A stretch of 64,000 nt of DNA from Gracilimonas sp. GTDB taxonomy: Bacteria; Bacteroidota; Rhodothermia; Balneolales; Balneolaceae. Positions 20,600 to 30,659 of this stretch are shown here, piece by piece. The stretch's first letter is position 1. Each line of letters begins with the position of its first letter. The DNA is taken from assembly GCF_022450045.1 (NCBI RefSeq), contig NZ_JAKURD010000011.1. One strand, written 5' to 3'. The notes beneath the pieces are model-generated. The model was not told the DNA's origin. It saw only the letters and a list, made by a program, of their open reading frames with translations, and did no database searches. A program made the translations under genes and the position numbers.

Positions 20600-22327
20600 A
20601 TGAAATTAAAACCATCCATAAACAAATACATTCCCATTCTGGACTGGATCAAATCTTACTCCGAAAAGGATGCTAAAGGCGATCTGAACGCGGGTATCAC
20701 GGTTGGGATCATGCTCATTCCGCAGGGAATGGCATACGCAATGCTGGCAGGATTACCACCTATCTATGGGCTTTATGCATCGATAGTACCCCTTATCCTT
20801 TACGCTATTTTTGGAACTTCAAGGCAACTTGCAGTTGGGCCGGTTGCAATGGTTTCACTGCTTGTACTGGCCGGGGTCGGTGAAATTGCAGAAGCAGGCA
20901 GCGACCGCTTCATTCAATTGGCCATTATGACAGCTATGGGAGTTGGATTATTCCAGTTCTTCATGGGGGTCTTCAGGATGGGTTTTTTAGTGAATTTCTT
21001 ATCTCATCCGGTTTTGAGCGGATTTACCTCTGCTGCAGCCCTGATCATAGGGGGTAGTCAGGTTAAGAGCATTCTGGGCATTGATATTCCCAGAACCAAT
21101 TATGTGCATGAGATCGTAATGAATACGATTCAGAAGGCTAGCGAGATCGACATATTCACAGCGATGATCGGATTCGGTTCTATAGCCACAATTATTTTAC
21201 TTAGAAAATGGAAAAAGACATTTCCTTCCGCATTAGTTGTTGTTGGACTGGGAACTTTGGTCACCTACTTTTTTGGGCTTCATGAATCCGGTGTTGCCAT
21301 TGTGGGACAAGTACCTGAGGGTTTACCAAGTTTCAAACTTACTTCTTTAAGCTGGGCAGATTTCGAACTATTATTTCCAACTATTCTGGTGATCTCCCTG
21401 GTTGGTTATATGGAATCCATAGCGGTAGCGAAAGCCATAGCCAACAAGCGGGGATATAAAGTAGATCCGAATCAGGAACTCATTGGCCTTGGCGCTGCTA
21501 ATATTGGCGGTGCTTTGTTTCAGTCTTATCCAACCACAGGTGGATTTTCAAGAACAGCAGTGAACGACCAGGCCGGTGCTAATACGGGAATGGCATCTAT
21601 CATTAGTGCGCTAATCATTGCATTGACCGTTTTATTCCTCACGCCACTATTCTATTATTTGCCAAAGGCTGTACTTGGTGCCATCATAGTTGTTGCTGTG
21701 GCAGGTTTGTTTGACACGCATGAGATGAAACATCTTTGGAAAACTGATAAGAAAGACCTGGCTATGCTGATGGCTACTTTCATTGCAACTCTTTCACTTG
21801 GCATCGAAGAGGGGATAGCCATAGGTGTGCTGTTGTCTCTGGTGATGGTGATCTACAATAGTACCAAACCTCACAGCACTGAATTAGGTCGCCTTGGTGA
21901 AACCAGAAATTTCAGAAATATCCACAGATATAAAGATGCGAAGACCGACGAAGAGATCCTTGTTTATCGCTTCGACTCAGAATTGTACTTCGCCAATGTT
22001 GAGTATTTCCGTTCAACCATAGATACTTTGATCGAACAAAAAGGGGATAACCTGAAGCTTGTGGTTTTGGATGCATCTGCCATTAATAGTGTAGATTCAA
22101 CAGGTGTGCATGCCCTGGAAGAGTTGATCAAAGATCTAAGTGAAAAAGATATTGAATTATACTTTGCTTCCGCAATAGGTCCGGTTCGGGATAAGCTCAA
22201 GATCAGCGGAATTACCGATGGTTTGAGTATCACAAATTTCTACTTCGACGTTTCTGATGCCATTGAGGCATATAAGGCGGGGCATCAGAAAGAGCACACC
22301 TATTCACCGGTTCAAACAAATTTATAA
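20600..22327 (+). CDS. SulP family anion permease with STAS domain
   Basis: IPQGMAYAMLAGLPPIYGLYAS, NQELIGLG and GGFSRTAVN motifs with a C-terminal STAS domain. Confidence 0.95.
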   Translation: MKLKPSINKYIPILDWIKSYSEKDAKGDLNAGITVGIMLIPQGMAYAMLAGLPPIYGLYASIVPLILYAIFGTSRQLAVGPVAMVSLLVLAGVGEIAEAGSDRFIQLAIMTAMGVGLFQFFMGVFRMGFLVNFLSHPVLSGFTSAAALIIGGSQVKSILGIDIPRTNYVHEIVMNTIQKASEIDIFTAMIGFGSIATIILLRKWKKTFPSALVVVGLGTLVTYFFGLHESGVAIVGQVPEGLPSFKLTSLSWADFELLFPTILVISLVGYMESIAVAKAIANKRGYKVDPNQELIGLGAANIGGALFQSYPTTGGFSRTAVNDQAGANTGMASIISALIIALTVLFLTPLFYYLPKAVLGAIIVVAVAGLFDTHEMKHLWKTDKKDLAMLMATFIATLSLGIEEGIAIGVLLSLVMVIYNSTKPHSTELGRLGETRNFRNIHRYKDAKTDEEILVYRFDSELYFANVEYFRSTIDTLIEQKGDNLKLVVLDASAINSVDSTGVHALEELIKDLSEKDIELYFASAIGPVRDKLKISGITDGLSITNFYFDVSDAIEAYKAGHQKEHTYSPVQTNL

Positions 22328-22411
22328 CACAGTTGTAATGATTTTCAGACTTAAGTTGTTGACTTGTCTGGATGCTTAAACTATTGCCAATGTAAACCAG
22401 ATCACAAAATT

Positions 22412-22804
22412 ATGTGGAAAACGATTTTAACAATAGCGTCAATTTTAATAATAGGTATAATCATGTTTAACATGTTTACAAAACAATCTAACGGCATCGA
22501 TATCAGTATCGATGAATTCAAAGAGAAATATGCAGAAGATCAGGGTATTGTGATTGATGTTCGTACTCAGGAAGAGTATGAGGAAGGTCACCTGGTTAAG
22601 ACCGATAAGCAGCTCGATCTGATGAATGGTGAGTTTGAAGAATCACTCGGTGAATTCGAAAAGGATAAAACCTACTACCTGTATTGCAGAACCGGGAACC
22701 GAAGTGGCCAGGCTGCACGAATCATGAAAAGTCAGGGTTTTGAGAATGTATATAATATTGGTGGTTTCAAGGATCTTGCAAACGCGGGATTCGAAGCAGA
22801 ATAG
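22412..22804 (+). CDS. Membrane-anchored single-domain rhodanese
   Basis: N-terminal TM, IDVRTQEEY and LYCRTGNRS. Probable ATG at 22412. Confidence 0.9.
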   Translation: MWKTILTIASILIIGIIMFNMFTKQSNGIDISIDEFKEKYAEDQGIVIDVRTQEEYEEGHLVKTDKQLDLMNGEFEESLGEFEKDKTYYLYCRTGNRSGQAARIMKSQGFENVYNIGGFKDLANAGFEAE

Positions 22805-22856
22805 ATATCGGAAACCTGAGCAAGACTTCACCATGATTGATTGATCCTGAAGCAGG

Positions 22857-22884
22857 AAGGGCGTACTTGGTACGCCCTTTTTTT
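22857..22884 (+). terminator. Intrinsic terminator
   Basis: AAGGGCGTAC-TTG-GTACGCCCTT followed by a T run. Confidence 0.8.
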
Positions 22885-22900
22885 GTTCTAAATAAACCTG

Positions 22901-23132
22901 TTGTATTTAAATGGTCTGTTGCCCTATGGATTCGTCTATATGACCATAGCCGCTTTTAAATACCGGAAGCACGGTATCAAGCATGATGTTCATGACCGGT
23001 TTTGGCTTCGGTACCATGCGTGCAATGTTTGCGGTTGTGCTGAGTCCCGGTTTCATAAGTGTGGAACTAAAGACGCAGAAATTTCTGACGTGTGTTATTT
23101 ATGATGGGTGGTCACTGAGTAATACTATTTAA
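22901..23132 (+). pseudogene. Internal remnant of a TauE/SafE (DsbD_2-type) membrane protein
   Basis: LNGLLPYGFVYMTIAA, then after a one-base shift at the T run near 22955, LNTGSTVSSMMFMTGFGFGTMRAMF. This matches the LNGLLPCGxVY...FGLGT family pattern. No 5' part is present. Confidence 0.7.
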
Positions 23133-23324
23133 CGTGAGTTCGAGATAAGAACTAAGTTAAAAGGATAAAAATGGATTCTTTTGGTCATTCCCGTGGAGAC
23201 GGGAATCTAATGGTGGCCATTAATTTCGTATTCGCTACCTGACCAGCCATAAGATTTCGGGCATTCGCCGCGAAATGATCATTCAACGTACTCAACAGAT
23301 GGTCTTTATATCGAATTCACGTTA
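23130..23324. mobile_element. MITE family A, full copy (about 195 bp)
   Basis: 19-bp TIRs TAACGTGAGTTCGAGATAA and TTATATCGAATTCACGTTA (17/19 complementary), internal ATTCCC-N8-GGGAAT. Near-identical copies at 37.7 kb and 46.9 kb. Confidence 0.8.
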
Positions 23325-23918
23325 TTTAGCAGTAGCAACAGCACGAATCACCATTGCTTTACCCTCATGATACTTCCCTTCACTTAGATCAATTTCCATT
23401 TCTTTCATCCACTTAATATCAGTACCGGAAAGCAGATCACACAGTTTCTCCTCCGTATATAATACCCGTTCATCTTTAGGTCCGCCGGAACCTCGCCCGA
23501 GCTGATTCACCGAATAAACTTCCACAATTATTTTCGCTCCCGGCTTCAAACTTTGGATCACATTTTGGTACACAACTTTGATGATAGATCGTGGCAAATG
23601 TACATAAATGAAGGCAGCGGCATCATACACATCGTCCCCAAAATTATAGTCGAACAGATCACTGAGATCGTATTTAATTTCAACTTCCTTTTCTGAGGCC
23701 AGCTTCAGCGCTTTCTCTTTACCGGATTTACTGTAATCTACAGCAGTAACATTCCACCCTTTTTTTGCAGCGAATACCGCATTCCTTCCTTCGCCATCAG
23801 CAGGAAGAATGATGTTACCCGGTTTAAGAGATTCCAGTTGTTCGGCAAAAAACCGATTGGGTTCGGTTCCATAAACAAATTCGGTTTCAGCATAACGCTC
23901 ATTCCAAAAATCTTTCAT
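23322..23918 (-). CDS. Class I SAM-dependent methyltransferase
   Basis: ILPADGEGRNAVFAA motif I and GSGGPKD. Confidence 0.88.
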   Translation of the reverse strand: MKDFWNERYAETEFVYGTEPNRFFAEQLESLKPGNIILPADGEGRNAVFAAKKGWNVTAVDYSKSGKEKALKLASEKEVEIKYDLSDLFDYNFGDDVYDAAAFIYVHLPRSIIKVVYQNVIQSLKPGAKIIVEVYSVNQLGRGSGGPKDERVLYTEEKLCDLLSGTDIKWMKEMEIDLSEGKYHEGKAMVIRAVATAK

Positions 23919-23991
23919 TTCAGTTTTCGATGGGTTTAAGATGTAGTATTTTCTTCCGGCTCATAAAATGCAAAATTACATAAACCCATTC

Positions 23992-25398
23992 ATGTTTTTT
24001 CAGCAGATCTTTGAAGAAAAACTTGCTCAATATGCGTACCTGATCGGATGTGAGGCTGCCGGGGAAGCGATTGTGGTAGATCCCATGCGCGACATAAACC
24101 GATACACCGAAATCGCTGAGAGGAACAATCTAAAGATTGTTGCAGCCACGGAAACCCACATTCACGCTGATTACCTTTCGGGACTAAGGGAATTTGCGGA
24201 AAACGGAGTTAGGGTGTTGGTTTCAGATGAAGGGGATGCTGACTGGAAATACGAATGGGTAATAGGGAGTACATACGATCATCAGCTACTTAAAGATGAC
24301 GATGAGTTTACGATCGGAGATATCAAATTCACAGCAAAGCATACGCCGGGACATACCCCCGAACATCTTAGTATTTTGGTGGCCGATGGAGCTGTAACTG
24401 ACGAGCCGATGGGCATCCTCTCCGGTGATTTCATTTTTGTGGGAGATGTGGGCCGGCCCGATCTGCTGGAAACGGCAGCCGGACAAAAAGGCGCGATGCA
24501 GGAGTCCGCGAAGATTATGTATCAGTCCATACAAAAGTTTAATACTCTGCCGGAGTATTGGCAGATTTGGCCAGGGCATGGCGCAGGAAGTGCGTGCGGG
24601 AAGGCGTTAGGAGCCATCCCCGAATCAACGGTGGGGTATGAGCAGCGATTTAATGCCTCGATACGTGCGGCCATTACAGAGCAGGATTTTGTGGATTTTA
24701 TTTTGGATGGCCAGCCTGAACCGCCGCTGTATTTTGCCCGAATGAAACGGGATAACAAAACAGGTCCGAAAGTGCTTGGAGGATTTCCCCAGCCTGCCAA
24801 TATGACCATTGAGCAGATGATCGGGAAAGTAAGGATCTCTGGTGGAGTGATCCTCGATACCCGCGATCGATATACTTTCATGGATGGACATATTGAAGGT
24901 TCTTTGCTTTTGCCATTGAATAAAGCGTTCAGTACCGCGGCCGGTTCGTATATCCGGGAAGAAGAGCAGCTATTTCTTATCGCAGAAGAAGAAAAAGTTG
25001 AAGAAGCGGTTTTGGACCTGATCAGAATCGGGTTGGATAACATTGCCGGATTTGCCACGCCTGACCAACTCAAAGAATTTGCCAGAAAGGGTGGAGAGCT
25101 TTTTACTACAGAAACCATAGATTTTAAGAAAACGGAAGAGTACCTGAATGCGGGAGAAGCGTACCTGCTGGATGTCCGCAAGCAATCTGAGTTTGAGGAA
25201 GGCCACATTCCCGGCGCGCAAAATATCGCCCACCCCTGCCTGTTAGAGCGAATCGATGAAATCCCCAGAGACAAGCCGGTGATGGTTTCATGTCATTCGG
25301 GCGCGCGTTCTGCAGTTGCATCTGCATTGCTTGAGCGAGAAGATTTTGTGGTGAGGTATGTGGATGATCTGATCGAGGAATGGCTTGAGAAAAGGTAG
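23992..25398 (+). CDS. MBL-fold persulfide dioxygenase-rhodanese fusion, copy 2
   Basis: Same motif blocks as the 18733 copy, active-site loop SCHSGARS. Probable ATG at 23992 (ORF open from 23968). Confidence 0.9.
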   Translation: MFFQQIFEEKLAQYAYLIGCEAAGEAIVVDPMRDINRYTEIAERNNLKIVAATETHIHADYLSGLREFAENGVRVLVSDEGDADWKYEWVIGSTYDHQLLKDDDEFTIGDIKFTAKHTPGHTPEHLSILVADGAVTDEPMGILSGDFIFVGDVGRPDLLETAAGQKGAMQESAKIMYQSIQKFNTLPEYWQIWPGHGAGSACGKALGAIPESTVGYEQRFNASIRAAITEQDFVDFILDGQPEPPLYFARMKRDNKTGPKVLGGFPQPANMTIEQMIGKVRISGGVILDTRDRYTFMDGHIEGSLLLPLNKAFSTAAGSYIREEEQLFLIAEEEKVEEAVLDLIRIGLDNIAGFATPDQLKEFARKGGELFTTETIDFKKTEEYLNAGEAYLLDVRKQSEFEEGHIPGAQNIAHPCLLERIDEIPRDKPVMVSCHSGARSAVASALLEREDFVVRYVDDLIEEWLEKR

Positions 25399-25484
25399 GG
25401 AATATCTAATATCCAACACAGAATACTCAATGATGAAGTGTTTACTTGGAAATTCCGTGCTGGATATTGATTATTGGATATTCA
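25398..25484. repeat. Heptamer-periodic AATATC/GATATT hairpin element
   Basis: GAATATC TAATATC CAACACA ... GGATATT GATTATT GGATATTC, overlapping the end of the tag gene. Confidence 0.5.
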
Positions 25485-26049
25485 ACAACTGCCGGTATCG
25501 GAAGCAATCCATGGTATGATCCATCACCAAACCGCAGGCTTGCATATGGGCATATATGATGGTGCTTCCAACGAATTTGAATCCACGTTTTTTCAGGCTT
25601 TTGCTAAGGGCTTCTGATTCTTTGGTGGTGGCAGGTACTTCTTTCATACTTTTCCAGTGATTGATGATCGGTTCACCGCCTACAAACTCCCAGATGTAGG
25701 TATCGAAACTGCCGAATTCTTTTTGGATATCCAGAAATAGCTGTGCATTCGTTACCGCTGATCGTACTTTCAGCTTGTTGCGGATGATTCCCTCATCCTG
25801 CAGGAGTTCCTGTATTTTGGCCTCATCAAACTGTGCGACTTTCTCCGGATCAAAATTAGCAAAGGCTTTTCTATATCCATTCCGGCGCTTCAGGATGGTG
25901 GACCAACTGAGCCCGGCTTGGGCACCTTCGAGGATCAAAAACTCAAAGTGAGTTCGATCGTTATGAACGGGAACGCCCCACTCTTCATCGTGATACTTAA
26001 TGTATTCGGGGAAGGTATCTTCAACCCATACGCAACGTTTTTTGCTCAT
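25471..26049 (-). CDS. tag: DNA-3-methyladenine glycosylase I
   Basis: RCVWV, YHDEEWG, LEGAQAGLSW, IIRNKLK and GFKFVGSTIIYAHMQACG motifs. Confidence 0.95.
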   Translation of the reverse strand: MSKKRCVWVEDTFPEYIKYHDEEWGVPVHNDRTHFEFLILEGAQAGLSWSTILKRRNGYRKAFANFDPEKVAQFDEAKIQELLQDEGIIRNKLKVRSAVTNAQLFLDIQKEFGSFDTYIWEFVGGEPIINHWKSMKEVPATTKESEALSKSLKKRGFKFVGSTIIYAHMQACGLVMDHTMDCFRYRQLLNIQ

Positions 26050-26154
26050 TTTGTGTAATTATAGGTGATAATTGGGATCACTTAAAGTATAAAAGAGTTC
26101 AATTATTTCTACCTTATAAATTCACTTTCACACACTTCTACAAATAAACTATTT

Positions 26155-28956
26155 ATGAACTGGAAACAAACCGTTAGCGATCTTGCTGAACAAAGTGGAA
26201 TTAGTCAAAATCTTTCAACACGGGTTGCCAAGCTCACGGAGATCTTAGAAGAACTCGCCATTGAAAAATATGGTGATGATTTCATTCAAAAGCTTGGGCG
26301 TCTCCCAATAGAGAGTGCGAAGGCGTTGGATGAAGGAGATGAAGTACGTTTAAAAAAGCTTCAAAAGGAAATGGAGGGACTTTCCCTGAATGAGATCAAG
26401 GAGATCCTTCGCATGTACACCATGTTCTTTCATTTGGTGAACTCGCTTGAGCAGCATGAGATCAGTAGAGTAAATCGCAGTCGGGAATTTGAAGAAACCC
26501 CGGAATCTCCCCGCAAAGAGAGTATAGCGGAATCGGTGTATAGGATGAAGGAAGACGGATACAGTTTTGAAGAAGCGCTGGATATTTTCCGGCAGATGGA
26601 TATACAGCCTACCATCACGGCTCACCCAACCGAAGCCCGCCGGCGCAGTGTGTTGCTAAAGCAGCAAGAGTTGGCTTCCATGATCTCCCGCCTGGGAGAC
26701 AGCGACATCACACCGGATGAAAAAATTGATCTTCGGCGCGAAATTTTGAATCAGCTTAATCTGCTTTTATTGACGGATGAAGTACGTTCAGAGCGGCTTT
26801 CTGTAGAGGATGAGGTGGAAAATGGCTTGTTCTATTTTACCCATTCCATCTGGGATTCCATTCCCATCCTTTATCGTGATATTCGTCAGGCTTTTGATAC
26901 CTATTACGATCAGCGACCTGAGGTCCCTATTATATTAAAATATCGTTCGTGGATAGGTAGTGATCGCGATGGAAATCCAAATGTGACCTCGAATGTAACC
27001 TGGCAAACCGTACTCGAGCAGCGTAGAACGGTTTTGAATTTATACCTGGATGAGCTGAATGAACTCCGTCGTTATTTGAGCGTCTCCGATAAGCAGGCTG
27101 AGGTTTCAAAGGAACTGGAAAAGTCTGTGAAAAAAGATGAGAAGGAATTCCCGCTTTCCGAACGGTATCAAAGAAGGTACAAGCATGAGATCTATCGCCG
27201 GAAGGTGACGCACATCATGCGTAAGATTGAGTATCTGCTGAATCTGCTTTCGGAAGATAAAGCTGAGATCCTGAGCGGTTCAAAAAAGTATGAGAAAAAG
27301 GATTTTATTGAAGATCTGGAGATAATAAAGCAGAGTCTGGTTGAGCATGGACTTCCCGGTTTATCGGAGCAGGGAAGGCTGGAGGATCTCATCATCCGGG
27401 CCAAAACATTCGGGTTTCATTTGAGTGGATTAGATATACGCCAACATAGTTCTTTGCATGAAGAGACAGTAGAAGAACTGCTGGCTCAGGCCAACGTCAT
27501 AGATAATTATGGCGGGTTGAGGGAAGATGAAAAGATCGATGTATTGGTGAAAGAGCTGTCAAATCCGCGGCCGCTTAGTCCGATTAAAAGTGAGCGCTCT
27601 GAAGTTTCGAATAAAGTAATGACGGTGTTTGAAGAGATCCGCGATATGTTGTCGCTGAACCCGGATATTTTTGGGAGCTATATCATCAGTATGACGCACG
27701 GTATAAGCGATATGATGGAAGTGATGCTGATCGCCAAAGAAGTCGGTCTGTGGAGTTATGCTAAAGGAAAAGTAGATAGCCAATTGGATGTGGTTCCATT
27801 GTTCGAAACCATTGAAGACCTCGATAACAGTGCCGAATTAATGGAACAAATGTATGAGCACGACCTTTATTCCAAGCATTTGAGTTCACGGGACAATTTC
27901 CAGGAGATCATGCTCGGCTACTCAGATTCTAACAAAGACGGCGGCTACTGGATGGCCAACTGGGCACTTGATAAAGCTCAATACGAGCTCGGAATCGTAT
28001 GCCGGGAACACAAGGTAGATTTCAGATTGTTTCACGGACGGGGAGGAACGGTCGGCCGCGGCGGCGGGCAGTCGAATCAAGCCATAGTAGCTATGCCGGC
28101 GGTAGCCAACAATGGGCGAATTCGATTTACAGAGCAGGGTGAGGTGATCTCATTCCGATATATGCTTTCATCTATTACACATCGCCACCTTGAACAGATC
28201 GTCAATGCGATGGCTACGGTAACAATGGCTCAGTATTCTGAGTCCGGTGGATATTTATCCGGTAAGGAAATGGAGCGTGAGATCATCGAAGTAATAGCTG
28301 AAACTTCCATGAAGGCATATCGTGAACTGATTGATGATCCTGAATTTTGGGATTGGTACTCCGGCATTACTCCGATTGAGCATATCGGGAAATTGCCGAT
28401 TGCATCCCGGCCGGTTTCGCGTGGTTCATCCGATGACATGACTTTTGATACATTACGAGCCATTCCATGGGTGTTTGCATGGACACAAGTTCGGTATAAT
28501 ACCCCCGGGTGGTACGGTATTGCTGAAGGATTGGAAGCGGCACAACAAAAAAATAAGAATGCATTGGAAATACTACAAAAATGGCATAAAGAATGGACCT
28601 TTTTCCATACCGTACTGAATAATTCTCAGCGGGAGATGGCGCGCACTCATTTACCAACTTCCGGGCTGTATAATTCCGAGTCATCGCAATTTCATAATAA
28701 GCTGACCAAAAGATATGGTGAGGCTGAGAAATGGATGACGTCCATAACAGGCTATGACCACATTTTAGATCACAATAAAGTGATTCAAAACTCGATACAA
28801 TTTAGAAATCCGTTTACTTATCCTATGAATTTTATACAGGCAGAATTGCTTAAAAGGTGGAAGAAAGCGGATAGTGAAGACCAAAAATCACAGCTTACAG
28901 AGGTATTGTTTTTAAACATAAACGGGATAGCAGCAGCTATGCAAAGCACGGGTTGA
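26155..28956 (+). CDS. ppc: Phosphoenolpyruvate carboxylase
   Basis: TAHPTE, GSDRDGNP, MLGYSDSNKDGG, FHGRGGTVGRGG, LRAIPWVF and INGIAAAMQSTG motifs. Confidence 0.97.
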   Translation: MNWKQTVSDLAEQSGISQNLSTRVAKLTEILEELAIEKYGDDFIQKLGRLPIESAKALDEGDEVRLKKLQKEMEGLSLNEIKEILRMYTMFFHLVNSLEQHEISRVNRSREFEETPESPRKESIAESVYRMKEDGYSFEEALDIFRQMDIQPTITAHPTEARRRSVLLKQQELASMISRLGDSDITPDEKIDLRREILNQLNLLLLTDEVRSERLSVEDEVENGLFYFTHSIWDSIPILYRDIRQAFDTYYDQRPEVPIILKYRSWIGSDRDGNPNVTSNVTWQTVLEQRRTVLNLYLDELNELRRYLSVSDKQAEVSKELEKSVKKDEKEFPLSERYQRRYKHEIYRRKVTHIMRKIEYLLNLLSEDKAEILSGSKKYEKKDFIEDLEIIKQSLVEHGLPGLSEQGRLEDLIIRAKTFGFHLSGLDIRQHSSLHEETVEELLAQANVIDNYGGLREDEKIDVLVKELSNPRPLSPIKSERSEVSNKVMTVFEEIRDMLSLNPDIFGSYIISMTHGISDMMEVMLIAKEVGLWSYAKGKVDSQLDVVPLFETIEDLDNSAELMEQMYEHDLYSKHLSSRDNFQEIMLGYSDSNKDGGYWMANWALDKAQYELGIVCREHKVDFRLFHGRGGTVGRGGGQSNQAIVAMPAVANNGRIRFTEQGEVISFRYMLSSITHRHLEQIVNAMATVTMAQYSESGGYLSGKEMEREIIEVIAETSMKAYRELIDDPEFWDWYSGITPIEHIGKLPIASRPVSRGSSDDMTFDTLRAIPWVFAWTQVRYNTPGWYGIAEGLEAAQQKNKNALEILQKWHKEWTFFHTVLNNSQREMARTHLPTSGLYNSESSQFHNKLTKRYGEAEKWMTSITGYDHILDHNKVIQNSIQFRNPFTYPMNFIQAELLKRWKKADSEDQKSQLTEVLFLNINGIAAAMQSTG

Positions 28957-29026
28957 TTTATGCCTTAATATCACAAATACCAGAGTGGCGACTGTTATTT
29001 AATCTGAAACATGTTATTTTAGAATT

Positions 29027-30118
29027 ATGATGAACGAGATAATTACAGATACTAACATTACGATAGAACCGGTTGAACAAAGCCGTATTCATGAGGTTGA
29101 TTTTAATAATCTTGTGTTTGGCCGTAAGTTCTCCGATCACATGTTTGAAATGGAGTTTCAGGATGATAAGTGGGGCAACCCGGTCATCAAACCCTATGCT
29201 CCTTTTAAAATGACCCCGGCCACCAATGTGCTGCATTACGGTCAGGCAGTCTTTGAAGGCATGAAGGCTTATTATGTGGATGAAAACACGGTGCATATCT
29301 TCAGACCTAAAGCACATCATGAGCGGTTCAATAATTCATGCCGCAGAATGTGCATTCCAGAAACAGAATATGAAATTTTTATTGAAGCGCTGGAGACGCT
29401 CATCAAATTAGATCATCAGTGGATTCCCAGGAGATCCGGTACGGCCTTGTATATTCGCCCTTTTATTTTTGCCTCTGATGATCTTCTTGCTGCTCGTGCA
29501 TCCGATACATTCACCTATCAGATCATTACTTCACCGGTTGGGGCTTATTATACCGAAGGATTCAATCCCGTTTCCCTTACCACCACAGATGAGTACGTTC
29601 GGGCAGTAAAAGGCGGAACCGGAGAAGCTAAAGCAGCCGGAAATTACGCCGGCAGTTTTCTCCCAGCAAAAAAGGCTAAAGCAGCCGGTTACACGCAGGT
29701 ACTTTGGTTAGATGCGAAAGAGCACAAGTATATTGAAGAAGTCGGGACCATGAATATCCATTTCCTGATCGGTGATACATTGGTAACTCCCGCTTTGACA
29801 GGTTCTATTCTCCCCGGAGTAACGCGTCGTTCGGTGATCGCACTTGCCAAAGAATGGGGACTGAATGTAGAAGAACGCCGAATTACTATTGACGAGGTTT
29901 TTGAAGCGCATGATAGTGGCGAGTTGAAGGAAATATTTGGTTCCGGAACAGCAGCGGTGGTTTCGCCGGTTGGGTTGATCCATCACAAAGGAAAGAAGAT
30001 TGAACTTGATCGTGAGAAACCGGGTGAATTTGCTCAAAAATGCTTCGACAAGATCACTGATATTCAATATGGCCGTGCAGAAGATAAATTTGGCTGGGTG
30101 CACAAGGTGAGCATCTGA
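29027..30118 (+). CDS. ilvE: Branched-chain amino acid aminotransferase
   Basis: LHYGQAVFEGMKAY, LYIRPF, GEAKAAGNY, EEVGTMN and ILPGVTR motifs. Confidence 0.93.
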   Translation: MMNEIITDTNITIEPVEQSRIHEVDFNNLVFGRKFSDHMFEMEFQDDKWGNPVIKPYAPFKMTPATNVLHYGQAVFEGMKAYYVDENTVHIFRPKAHHERFNNSCRRMCIPETEYEIFIEALETLIKLDHQWIPRRSGTALYIRPFIFASDDLLAARASDTFTYQIITSPVGAYYTEGFNPVSLTTTDEYVRAVKGGTGEAKAAGNYAGSFLPAKKAKAAGYTQVLWLDAKEHKYIEEVGTMNIHFLIGDTLVTPALTGSILPGVTRRSVIALAKEWGLNVEERRITIDEVFEAHDSGELKEIFGSGTAAVVSPVGLIHHKGKKIELDREKPGEFAQKCFDKITDIQYGRAEDKFGWVHKVSI

Positions 30119-30120
30119 GC

Positions 30121-30513
30121 ATGAATGTTGATCTGCTCAAAATAGTTGCAGTCGGCTCCGGTGGTTTCATTGGAGCCGTTTTTCGTTATCTGATTTCTGC
30201 TTTTGCACAATCCCAACTCCCCGATAGTAAATTTCCTTTTGGAACCATAGCGGCTAATCTCATCGGCTGCCTGTTGATTGGTTTTTTAGCCGGATTATTT
30301 GTACTCAAATCCTGGGGCAATCCCGAATTTCGTCTCTTCATCTTTGTAGGAATTTTAGGCGGATTTACAACATTCTCGACTTTCTCCCATGAAACCTTTT
30401 TGCTGTGGGAAAATGGCAAAATATTGATGAGTTTATTGAATGCGGGAGTGCAGGTAATTTTTGGATTGGCTTTTGTTTGGGCAGGGTATCAGTTAGTGAG
30501 GTTGTTTAGTTGA
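30121..30513 (+). CDS. crcB: Fluoride efflux channel CrcB/Fluc
   Basis: GGFIGAVFRY, FPFGTIAAN and GGFTTFSTF motifs. Confidence 0.95.
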   Translation: MNVDLLKIVAVGSGGFIGAVFRYLISAFAQSQLPDSKFPFGTIAANLIGCLLIGFLAGLFVLKSWGNPEFRLFIFVGILGGFTTFSTFSHETFLLWENGKILMSLLNAGVQVIFGLAFVWAGYQLVRLFS

Positions 30514-30515
30514 GG

Positions 30516-30554
30516 AAAGGCTTTAACAAGGATAATTATATAGAATTCACGTTA
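30516..30554. mobile_element. Solo right-end remnant of the MITE family
   Basis: AAAGGCTTTAACAAGGATAATTATATAGAATTCACGTTA matches the right end at 47263-47294 and the TIR. Confidence 0.6.
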
Positions 30555-30659
30555 TTCAGGTTTATGAATAACTACTATCATTGATCATCCGTCCAATCCG
30601 ATTCATCCGCGTTCCATTCCACAAGTAAAATTAGCTGATAGCTAAGTCTGAAAGCTACT

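Noticed and set aside
20467-20676. 69-aa ORF upstream of sulP as a leader peptide
   Set aside because: It derives from REP-like sequence and overlaps the sulP start out of frame.
23130-23150. GTTCGA in the TIRs as a tRNA T-loop
   Set aside because: No cloverleaf, acceptor stem or CCA end. The motif is part of the MITE terminal repeat.
24522-25274. 250-aa minus-strand ORF and similar long antisense ORFs in gcvP, ettA, uvrA and secD
   Set aside because: They are fully nested opposite well-supported genes and have no recognisable motifs.
30100-30125. Fluoride riboswitch upstream of crcB
   Set aside because: crcB starts 2 nt after the ilvE stop, leaving no room for a leader.
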